This document shows positions 50,101-60,465 of a stretch of DNA of 62,000 nt, in pieces (within the stretch, counting starts at the first letter, position 1; every line of letters begins with the position of its first letter). The position numbers and the translations under genes are program-made. The notes beneath the pieces were generated by a model. It saw nothing but the letters and a program-made list of their open reading frames with translations, did no database searches and had not been told where the DNA came from. The stretch is from Acanthaster planci. Taxonomy: Eukaryota. The stretch lies in assembly GCF_001949145.1 (NCBI RefSeq), contig NW_019091400.1, forward strand, positions 558,001 to 620,000. The letters are read 5' to 3'.

Positions 50101-52509
50101 ACTTTTCGTTCAGTAGTTATTGGTGTGGAGCTACATTTAGTGTGCCATTTGATGCAAAAGAATGGCTTTTTTATTACAAAAATGCTGGTGATGGGAAAAA
50201 TAGTCAAGTCAAAATCATGGCTTGGCATTTTGCTCTTGCGCATATATAGTGGATCATGAGAATGGATCATGTCCTTGGAGGGTGTTCATTGGAATATTCC
50301 CGGCAGTGTATATTTGTAAGCATATCACAGAAAGAGAATTTGCAATTTGAGTATAAAACTCAGTGCAGTAGCGATTGGTTGGTGGAGTTCATGATAAATA
50401 CTTTCACCACTGAATCATTTGTTCCCTCTGTTGAGCTTGTTTTCCTGTATGTAAAAGCCAATATTCTGCTAATAATAGTCCGTCAGAAAAATAAATATGT
50501 GCATTTTCACAGAAACTCCTTTGAGAGTTCCCATAGAATGATGCGATCATATCTGGATGCTGTCAAGTGACCTGAACCTTGAAGCTTTTGATTTCCTAAC
50601 AATGTGCAGTGGGTGAAAAGTAACCCCCCCCAAAAAAAACCCCACACAAACAAACAAACACCCCAACCAACAAACAAATCCCCAAAACGGTAGATAGCAC
50701 AACAGGCAAGGCTTTTACTTGTGTGTATTATTGCCAGAAAAGTTGCTCTTGTCTCATAAGTGGACAGAAAGTTATAGAGGCCAATGTTTTGTAAAGAGAT
50801 TTCAGATGAGGCGTCCCGAAACCGATACATCATTAACCGAAATCAATGCATTTTTCACCACCCATGTTGCCACAGCCTCGTGTCTCTTCTGGTAGTTTCA
50901 GATACACAAGCCCTTTTCAGACAAAGGGAGTTACTCCGATTTTACCAATTGAATAGACAACTATACATCAAGAAATCCCTGACCTCAGTTTGCCCCTTTT
51001 ATGGACAGTTCATGTTTTTAATTGTATAGAGAACAAGTATTTAGCAAGCACAGAAAGTGTAGACTCACAAAATATTTATTTAGGCCTAGGTTTGGAAAAA
51101 TTATCAGTTTTGACTCTGTGGTGTTGGAATTGTTTTGGTTATCAGGCTTGTATAAATTCAGTGTCAATACATTAATGTTTCTGGCAGCATGTTGAAATTC
51201 ATGCCATTTTAAAAGGCTTATGTGGCTGTGCCTTTGGTATTTTCCTGTCTATACATTCTTATGATATGCAATATACTTTCCATTTGGCCCAAAGCCTCTT
51301 GATTATTAGTATACCGATTGAAACATTAGAGAAAAATATGACACTAACCGTTGCTTGGAGTAAGGGGTTGTTATAGGTTAAAATATTAAACGTGTGGGCC
51401 AACTTGTTGATTCTTATACATATAGTATTTTATTTCGGAATGCTTGGAGATTAACTGAACTTTAGTACCTTTGGCCCAACTAACAGTGACTGTGCCCCTC
51501 GTTTTGAGTGAAAATGGGAATTTGTGTTGGTAATGTCTCCATTATTTTTAGATAATGGAGTAATTTCAATATCCGATTTACGTTTGAAGTTTTACTGCAT
51601 TCTGTTAACTCTGTTTCTTAGGTTTTGTTATTTAATTCCACAACTGAAACATTTTATAATTGTTTTTCTTGAAAGGCCTTCTTGCATTATTTGTTTTGAA
51701 TATTGACATCCCATTGGTTGGATCCTTTAGAATAAGCTGGCCGTTGGTAAGCCGTGTGTTATCTTTGAAAAGGTTTTATTTCATGAAAAACCTAGATCAT
51801 TAAACTGGGATATCCTGTGCTTGTACTTATATGTTTTTCCCTTGCATTTGATGGAGCTGTGGCACCAACAGCCTCTTGTTTTAAGTAGGGATCTCCTGGG
51901 TTTGAAACAGAAATAATAGCGTGTTGATTATAAAACCCATTTTTTTTCAAGAACGAAATGACATGGAATGGTTACCACGGCGTTAATATCGGGATAACTA
52001 ACTTGATGTGACTATTGACTAAGGTATTCTTTCATTATTTTATTTATTTGTCCTTGGTTATATCATAACTAAAAATAAACCGAAACAAAATATGTAAGAA
52101 GTTGCCTTTATCGTGTGAGGAATGTTAACTGTGCAGTGTCGATCCTTTCTTAATTGGCTACTGTATTGGATTTCTATGTTTTTTAAGTAGTACTATTTTT
52201 TGTAGTTTCAGTTCCTTTAATGAGCGCGTGCGACGTTGTGTTGCCGAACCCCTTCGCGCTGTAGGCCCGTTTTGGTGGGGTCCTTACCGAAATTGGGACT
52301 GTACTGTATGCAGACAAAAATAAGTGATTTGCACTGTGCTTGAAATGAATCCTTTACTAAAAGACAGAGATAAGGAAATTATTTTATTTATTCACGTCTC
52401 AAAATTTACGTGTTTTCATGCAGCTCGACAACCACAGCCAGCAGGAGATTACACCGTGTATTTATCTCTTCTTTGAGTATGTGTGGTTCTGAGAAGAACC
52501 GGGGAATAA

Positions 52510-52549
52510 CTCGACGTTTCGAACAGTGTACTCTGTCCGTCTTCAGGAG
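52510..52549 (-). ncRNA. Minimal type I hammerhead ribozyme of the PLE pLTR
   Basis: Minus strand: ctc-CTGAAGA-c-ggacag-agtaca-ctgttc-GAAAC-GTC-gag. 6-bp stem II, palindromic ACGT in place of stem III, 3-bp stem I, GUC cleavage triplet. Confidence 0.85.
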
Positions 52550-52673
52550 ACTGCAGGATTTTAACTGGGAGTGGAGCTTATATGGTGTAGAGAGGGATCC
52601 AGATGTAGGGATTAGCTCGGTGAGGCGTTAAGGCGGGAACAGTGATGGCGGGAACATCACAGTTTCCTTAACG

Positions 52674-53342
52674 GAAAAGGATCCCACACAATCCATCGAG
52701 AGCAGGCTGCAACAAAAGCTTCTCCCTCTCCAGCGCTCCGGCAACATCACCCAGCCCCTTTACAGACAGCTCCGGTCATCCAATTCCATGTGCCCAAGGT
52801 TCTTCGAACAACCAAAGATTCACAAGGAAGACGTCCCGCTGCGCCCCATTGTAGCGTCCAGAGGAGGCCCCACATACGACACAGCCAAGCACCTTGCCAA
52901 AATCCTTCGCCCCTTGGTAGAGAACACCGAACACCACGTCAAGAACTTGGACCAGTTTGCCGCCCTCATCCAAGACCTCACCCTCCAGCCAGACGACATC
53001 ATGGTCAGCTTTGATGTCGTCTCACTATTTACCAATGTCCCCACCTATGACGCCACCACCATCGCAAAGGACAGGCTTGCAGCAGACCTTGCCCTCAAGG
53101 ACTGCACAGACCTCACTCCAGAACAGCTACACGACCTGCTTTTCACTTGTGTCAAGTCATCGAGCTTCCGCTGGCGGGACAAATTCTTCAAACAGTCAGC
53201 TGGAACCTCCATGGGATCTCCTATATCCCCGGTTCTGGCTGACATGTTCATGGAGGAATTTGAGCAGCTCGCCATCAACACATCAGACCACAGGCCCAAA
53301 GTTTGGCTCCGATATGTGGACGATACTTTCGTCATCTGGCAG
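52674..53342 (+). CDS. PLE reverse transcriptase fragment (open frame, 5'-truncated, 3' end lost in gap)
   Basis: KDPT...PKIHKEDVPLRPIVAS...SFDVVSLFTNVP...KQSAGTSMGSPISPVLADMFM...WLRYVDDTFVIW. Confidence 0.9.
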
Positions 53343-54382
53343 NNNNNNNNNNNNNNNNNNNNNNNNNNNNNNNNNNNNNNNNNNNNNNNNNNNNNNNNNN
53401 NNNNNNNNNNNNNNNNNNNNNNNNNNNNNNNNNNNNNNNNNNNNNNNNNNNNNNNNNNNNNNNNNNNNNNNNNNNNNNNNNNNNNNNNNNNNNNNNNNNN
53501 NNNNNNNNNNNNNNNNNNNNNNNNNNNNNNNNNNNNNNNNNNNNNNNNNNNNNNNNNNNNNNNNNNNNNNNNNNNNNNNNNNNNNNNNNNNNNNNNNNNN
53601 NNNNNNNNNNNNNNNNNNNNNNNNNNNNNNNNNNNNNNNNNNNNNNNNNNNNNNNNNNNNNNNNNNNNNNNNNNNNNNNNNNNNNNNNNNNNNNNNNNNN
53701 NNNNNNNNNNNNNNNNNNNNNNNNNNNNNNNNNNNNNNNNNNNNNNNNNNNNNNNNNNNNNNNNNNNNNNNNNNNNNNNNNNNNNNNNNNNNNNNNNNNN
53801 NNNNNNNNNNNNNNNNNNNNNNNNNNNNNNNNNNNNNNNNNNNNNNNNNNNNNNNNNNNNNNNNNNNNNNNNNNNNNNNNNNNNNNNNNNNNNNNNNNNN
53901 NNNNNNNNNNNNNNNNNNNNNNNNNNNNNNNNNNNNNNNNNNNNNNNNNNNNNNNNNNNNNNNNNNNNNNNNNNNNNNNNNNNNNNNNNNNNNNNNNNNN
54001 NNNNNNNNNNNNNNNNNNNNNNNNNNNNNNNNNNNNNNNNNNNNNNNNNNNNNNNNNNNNNNNNNNNNNNNNNNNNNNNNNNNNNNNNNNNNNNNNNNNN
54101 NNNNNNNNNNNNNNNNNNNNNNNNNNNNNNNNNNNNNNNNNNNNNNNNNNNNNNNNNNNNNNNNNNNNNNNNNNNNNNNNNNNNNNNNNNNNNNNNNNNN
54201 NNNNNNNNNNNNNNNNNNNNNNNNNNNNNNNNNNNNNNNNNNNNNNNNNNNNNNNNNNNNNNNNNNNNNNNNNNNNNNNNNNNNNNNNNNNNNNNNNNNN
54301 NNNNNNNNNNNNNNNNNNNNNNNNNNNNNNNNNNNNNNNNNNNNNNNNNNNNNNNNNNNNNNNNNNNNNNNNNNNNNNNNNN
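53343..54382. other. Assembly gap (1040 N)
   Basis: Run of N; a single further N is at 47351. Confidence 1.
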
Positions 54383-55931
54383 ATATAAGTTTTCTGAAAG
54401 CCGAATGGGGGCGCCAAATCGTTTGCCCTACAGTTTAGAAACGATGCAGCGCGCAGCTTGGCTTCGCCAGCCTTAATTGTGGAAGTTTTTAGTTCTCGTC
54501 TTTTTAGCTTTAATTTGTTCCGTCTCAGTCTCAGACATTTACCTCGTCTCTAAAATCAAAACCACTTACTTAATTGACGGCCTATATGTTTGAAATAAAT
54601 GAAAATTTTGCCTCCATTATCAAAGGTCATAACATGCACGTTGATGCTTTGTAAAGCGTCATCAATCAAACACACCAAAAAGCCGGGGGTAAAAAGCTAC
54701 ATCGTAAAATGGTAGGCTTTAGATCAGTCAGGGGAAAAACTGTAAACTTACTGTACTGTACTTGCCTTTTCTCAGTAATGACTTTCTCAATTTAATCATA
54801 GGTTGGAAATTCCAGACAGGGAAGGTTGATATAAAATTTAAGTTCCCTTGGTCCGGAGCCAAAGTTAGGGTCGGTCAGGGGTGAGCTGAGAACCGCAGAA
54901 TCAGTAACTACGGACGTCCTTGCACACAGTGGGAGTTGATCCGTTCCATCCTGCGGTTCCAGTCAGCTTGCCCTGGTAAAACTAATGTAGCGAAATTGAC
55001 GAAACCTGATGGGACATATTTTGCGCAAATTTTGCACCGTACTACGAAAATGAGCCCGATCACGTGGAAAGCATGTTAGTGATAATGCTGCGAATCAGTC
55101 AGATATTAGGCCAAAACTGTTTTTGTAAGAGTTCGTAGTAATACCAAATAAAAATCATTCGAATCGGATAACATGAAGCATCAAAGTGAAGTAGCAAATT
55201 GTGTGGGAAGCATTACAATTCTTTATTCATCCACGTTGGTCGTTCTCACAATAGTGACCACCTGCTTTGGAAAGTTTCAGTAAGAGAACAGACTCACCCG
55301 TAGGTTCGCGCAAGACTTAAAATTGTCCCACCCATCATTCGTTACATGACTAATCTACAGTTCCTCGTCCGTTCTCCTTGTGACAGAATTAACACTGTAC
55401 AGATTTTTAATTAATACAACTCTTAGGATGGCCTGACTGACTTAATTACTGTGCCACTTCGATATAATAATCCCGGTCGGAATACATCCCTGCTGCACCC
55501 AGACTCCAAAAAGTTCTGCAATAATGGAACTTCCAGCGGTGGAGTCTGTTGCGGTGAGGATGAGACAGAAACGTGACTGATATTATTACAGTTCCGTACT
55601 TTTTTCAAAAATACCTCTGTAAGACTAGGTAAAATCTAGTCATTTCTCGATAACTGGGAGTTCCAATTACCATAAATATAGATCAGCGTCATCATCACCA
55701 ATTCATCCTGTAGCAGTTACTCCGCGCATAGCAACATATCTTTTTAGTTGATAATTATTGTCTTTGATAGTTGTTCACGTATTGTTGAAATGCACTTATC
55801 TTTTTGAAATAGGATAGTGGTTTTGGAACGTTGAACTTAATTGAAATACATGTGGAAATTTTAAATATATGACATAAAACTATATTCTCTTGCGAATGAT
55901 TAGTAGTTGTGCGGCTTGACCTTTGTTGACC

Positions 55932-55970
55932 TGATGTAATAACCGGACATACATGGCGCGCGCATGCGAT
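55932..55970 (+). promoter_or_regulatory. Candidate PPP1R15 proximal promoter: C/EBP-ATF composite site TGATGTAAT (55932-55940), YY1-like acatggcg, NRF1-like cgcgcatgcg
   Basis: Matches to the TGATGxAAx consensus and the GCGCATGCG core, clustered about 430 bp upstream of the main ATG. Confidence 0.5.
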
Positions 55971-55993
55971 ATCGTGCACGTAGTATCCACTCA

Positions 55994-56366
55994 ATGAACA
56001 CAGGACGAACAACGTATTGAAAATTGTGCTGACAGTTACGAAATAATTTTGTAAAAATGGCGTCAAATTGTCCAGATCAAGAAATTTGCCAACAATGGTT
56101 TGAGTCTTTGCATTTTTCAAGAGTGATTTTAACCGCACTTAGAATATCTGTTCCCGACTGTTGGAAAGAATATTCTACTGGCGGAGTTGATTTGATTGTT
56201 CGGGATCACGCCTACATTGCGAGTTCAGGACCAGAACTAGCCGCTTTTCCTGCTCATCTATGGACACAGTTTGGCAAGTAAAACTGAACAATAATGGATA
56301 AGTAAAATGTTCAATTCGGAATCCTTGTTCTTTCAATTTGAACTCCGTATAGCAGAGAGAGAATAA
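55994..56366 (+). promoter_or_regulatory. Stack of upstream ORFs in the putative PPP1R15 5' leader (55994-56020, 56057-56281, 56294-56305, 56307-56366)
   Basis: ATG-to-stop frames read directly; the 74-aa uORF has a strong context (aaaATGG); the last uORF ends 7 nt before the main ATG. Confidence 0.55.
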
Positions 56367-56373
56367 TCCAAAA

Positions 56374-59328
56374 ATGGATCCCGATTTGCCAAACCGCCCT
56401 TCATGCCCTTCCATATGGTCGAAACGGTGTCATCTTGTTAGACCAACAACCGGTGAAAGACAGCAAGGTTGGGGTTTTTCGAAAAGTAGAAATTTTGACC
56501 GCAGAGGCAAAGCCATAAACTCAAGCAGGCCTATTCATAGTACAAACTGTATCAGGAAGCCCCCGTCACTCCTAAGGCTAAGCAGTACGGGAGATACAGT
56601 GGACGAGACGGCAGATTTCTCGAGTTTTCAACCGTCGACTCTGCGCAGAAGTAAGTCAAGTTTTCGGGGGCCGGGTTTTTGGGGGAACATCGCAAAGGTA
56701 GCTCGTTCAACGAACGTTTCGAGTTCTCGACTCTTGACGGCCAAGGGTTTTACCAGGGAATCCCCTGTAGAAATGGCTGGGGAAGTAGATCTCAGCATTT
56801 TGATGGAGAAATTCGACAGTTCACCCAGCAAAATGGAGAGATTGGGACCACTTGAGAATGACATTGACAGTGTGCCTGTAGTGGCATACCCCCTAGAAGG
56901 TGGCCTGCGAGGATTTGTGAAAGAAGGGATTTATCACCCATTTGCCAGAAATCCATCCCATCAGGTTAAAATGCCAAGGCAGGCTAACCCAGCTGTTGTA
57001 GAAACACGGTCATCTTCTGTTCATACTTTTCCTGTTTGTAATGGTGGTCCCTTCTGGCACCCACACGGTCGCCAACACCCCCACCCCTACTTCAGCAGGA
57101 ATCACTTCACACCCAACCAAAGACGTAACTTCACAATGGCATCCGTGCAGTTTTGGCAAGGCCCCTCATCCCATATTGCGGCAGTTTCATCACTGGACAC
57201 TCCCATTCTGCAGTGTGAGAGCCATCGTCGCAGGTGCCTGAGTGCTCAGATAAGGGAGTCTGCAGTGTTGCGCAATTGGATTGCTGACCCGAGCACCCGT
57301 TCACAGTTTATCAATACAGAGACCATTGCCGCCCGTCTTGTGCAGAGTCATGATGCCGACAAGTTTCAAAGTCAACATACATGTACAGGCCATCATGCTG
57401 GCAGAAACTCCATGATGCAAAGTGCATGTAGGACTCAGATGACTCAACACAGCCAAAACCGTAACAAAGCCACTGGGTGTGTGTACACAGGAAATGCTCA
57501 TCAAGCACACCGGCGGCCTCTCACTACTACAAGTACCGGTATAACACCAAAACAAAGCTGTTACAGTCCAAAGAAGTCAGTAAAACAACCTGTGTCAAAG
57601 TGCTTTTCAAGAGACAAACTAAAACACCCAGATGGCAAGACAGCTAAACTGAGTGACCAACAAGCTGAGAAACCCCACAAAGTGTACAAGCCGGAAACAC
57701 CTGTTGGTGTGCTTGATCATGTTACTGATGAGGTGAAAGATTTGAAAATTCAAGCGAAGAGTGATCAAGGAGGAGGAATCCCTGAATCTCGGGACAAAAC
57801 TTGTCTAAACGATGGTCATGCTTGTACATGTGGTTTGCAAAGTCAGACATGTGTTACATCATCCGTTGACTGTAAGCACCATGAAATGAGTCCATATACA
57901 ACAGCTGGCAGGGTTCCGCCTGACTTAACAGGGCCAAAGTCTGCCGATAATGAAACCAGCCCATTTAGAGATACGTGTCATGGTTTAATGGCACGGTCTC
58001 TTTCTGGTGGGAAAAGCCACCTGCTCGAACCGGACGAGGGTTGTGTAGCGTTTCTAGATGAATTGCCTGCTTTGGAAAAGACATGTCTGACGTCTGAGGA
58101 TGATTACTTGGATGAAGGAGAAACACGGCAAAATCACCAAAATGCTGTCAGTGGATTATCTCCCTCAAGTCCTGCCACCAAGTCACCTCCGGAACTACCA
58201 CAGACTTGTGGATCTCAGCCATCAGAACCTGAGGATGAACTGTCCCAGAATCGGAAGCCGCTTCACTCGTCTTTGGCATTTCTCCTTGCTGGGGTAACTG
58301 ATGGGGACAATGATTTCTCTGACTCGGACTGGGACTCCGCTGGTTCATCGCCGCCCTCTGACTCCTGGGACTTCCTCAAGTGCTGTGATGACCCCTACAA
58401 CCCGCTGTATGGCTGGCGGTGTGCCCGCCGTTGTGAGCAAGGGGATGTGGAGCAGGGTGCCGAGTCCAAGCTTGACTCGCCTTCGGGTGGGGACGATGAA
58501 CGTGACTCTGGGATCTCGTCACTGCAGGCCCATCAAGATGATGTGGCAGAGATCAGCCCTGCTGAGTCTGAGTCGTGGGATGAAGCTGAGCCCAGCTTCG
58601 AGTCCGAGTCCACCAGTTGGTGCCAACAGATTGAGTCACTGCATGCAAAAAGTGAATGCCCGAATTCATCAAATGATTCGAATCACAGCTCTGTCCCAGA
58701 CAGTCTCCAATCTTCCAATGAAAATCATGCTGCATCAGACTTGTCTGTCCAACATTGTGAAGTGCAATCAAAAGTCCAAGACAATCCTACGACATCACTA
58801 TCCTGTCTATCCAAAACTGATGGTCCACAATCCATTTCACCTGATGAAGTGAAATCAGGGAAAATCCTACCACCGCGAAAATGCATCTTTGAACCAGAAA
58901 AGCTTCATCCTTCAGTTCTCTTCATACTTGGCGTGGGTGAGTCCGACTCGGACACAGATTGCGAAGACGACGATGATGACGATTTTGATAATTGTGAGTC
59001 GGGCAGCGACGACAGTGCCTGGAGTTCCCTCCAGCCTTGCTTTGACCCCTACAGCCCGCTGCAGGGCTGGAGGTTTCATCTGACAACCCCAGAAAAACTC
59101 CAGGAGGTGAATGCCGCGTACAACAAACTTGCACCTGTGAAAGAAACCTCTTCCGCAAACCTTTCCACTTCAGAGGACGACCGTGGAAACTCCTGTTCAG
59201 GCCAGACCCTTAATCAGTTTTCAGCAAAGAATGATGCAAGGCCCAAACTGAAGCGAGCATCAAGTACTGGCTGTCTGTGGGTTCCATGTGATGGCAGTGG
59301 ACCAGGCAGACCATCTCAAAACAAGAAG
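56374..59328 (+). CDS. PPP1R15: PPP1R15 large coding exon (985 codons, mostly low-complexity, with acidic/PEST-like stretches)
   Basis: 991-aa ORF; donor AAG|gtacta; two DPY[NS]PLxGWR modules. The start Met is not certain. Confidence 0.85.
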
Positions 59329-60465
59329 GTACTAACGTGTATGCGATAATGTAACTTTGGAACATATTGCTCGAAGGGATACATGTATGTCCATATTCGA
59401 ATGAAGAGAGATAAAAAAAAATTGACACGCGTACGAAGTTGAACTCAACCAATATGTACGATTTTTAATGATTCAAATACATGTACATGTACAGTGTTTA
59501 GTGGTATGTGAAACGCGAAGTTACATGTACTTAATGAATGAAATATTTTAACCCAATTCATTGTTTGAACTCCAAAAGTCTGATTTTCATGACAAGTAGG
59601 TTGGATTCCACAAAGCCCAGACACCGTGACCTTACAACGGCCCATTTCTTTTGAACTACATGTATGCAAACTACAGATGTTCATGTACATGTACAGTATT
59701 TTGAGAAAGTTATGCAAGTCTACATGTACAGTGTAGGGTCATTCCTTGTGAATTCAATTATCCCGTCATGTGATTTTACTCTGATTTGCCTAAAAAACCC
59801 TGAAAATTACATGTATATGTACATGTGTGTACCTTGATATACGTGTATCAAATGAAAGAAGATAAAATTTCAGCTTGATTTAGATTACTTTTTCTCATTA
59901 CATAGACCTGAAAGTGCAGTCACATAGGTTGCATCTGGGAAGGTGTACATATGGGTCATTCTATAAATTAGGGGTCCAGTTTTTTGTGTCTCTGCCACAT
60001 CCAGCATATAATTTTGTAAATTCAGAACACATTCGCATATTTCCAAGCAGTGATGAATTGATGCAGATTGCCTGCCAAACAAATAGAAATAACTTTAAAT
60101 CATTTTCAGTGACATTTCCATGTCAAATTACACAGGTTAGCTGTAACAGGGACACAAAAAGTGTTCACACACTATATTTGTTTCTAATGAAGGTGGAAAG
60201 CTTAGCGATTGGTCAGAAGGCAACTGACTGCTTGTTCCCCCTGCAGGTACATTTCTGTGAAGAGGCACCGATGGTGATCAGCTTTGAGGTACCATCTTGG
60301 AGCAGCGAGTACAGTGATAGCCGCCGTGGCCCCTGGCAGGAGATGGCACGCGACCGCTGCCGCTTCATGGACCGTATCCGCAGCACGGAGGACAAGATAG
60401 GGCACGTCTTCGCGCCGGACCACCGCCTCAAAGTGCAGCAGCGACTGCAGACCCAAGTTGCCTAA
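56374..60465 (+). CDS. PPP1R15: Protein phosphatase 1 regulatory subunit 15 (GADD34/CReP family); 2 coding exons, about 1057 aa
   Basis: Join 56374-59328 and 60247-60465 (phase 0, GT-AG) creates the RVxF motif KKVHF, followed by RRGPWQEMARDRCRFMDRIRSTEDKIGHVFAPDHR, the PP1/eIF2alpha-binding core of PPP1R15A/B. Confidence 0.92.
59953..60172 (+). mobile_element. MITE family A copy 5 (right end eroded) in the PPP1R15 intron
   Basis: catat|gggtcattctataaattagggg, identical to the start of the 11871 copy; the body matches. Confidence 0.8.
60247..60465 (+). CDS. PPP1R15: PPP1R15 last coding exon (PP1/eIF2alpha-binding core, stop TAA)
   Basis: ccctgcag|VHFCEEAPMVISFEVPSWSSEYSDSRRGPWQEMARDRCRF...QTQVA*. 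Confidence 0.95.
   Translation, partial: VHFCEEAPMVISFEVPSWSSEYSDSRRGPWQEMARDRCRFMDRIRSTEDKIGHVFAPDHRLKVQQRLQTQVA

Larger units (their letters stand above)
52412..53342 (+). mobile_element. Penelope-like retroelement (PLE): inverted pLTR-like segment (about 52412-52673, minus strand) joined to a 5'-truncated RT ORF (plus strand), cut off by the assembly gap
   Basis: RT motifs plus a hammerhead-bearing segment in the opposite orientation, an arrangement known for PLE insertions. Confidence 0.85.

Noticed and set aside
52788..54476. Long 361-562 aa ORFs in the track
   Set aside because: They run through the N gap; only the RT portion up to 53342 is supported.
59914..60246. N-terminal part of the 183-aa ORF 59914-60465
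   Set aside because: It is intronic MITE sequence that happens to be open; the real exon starts at 60247, after ccctgcag.
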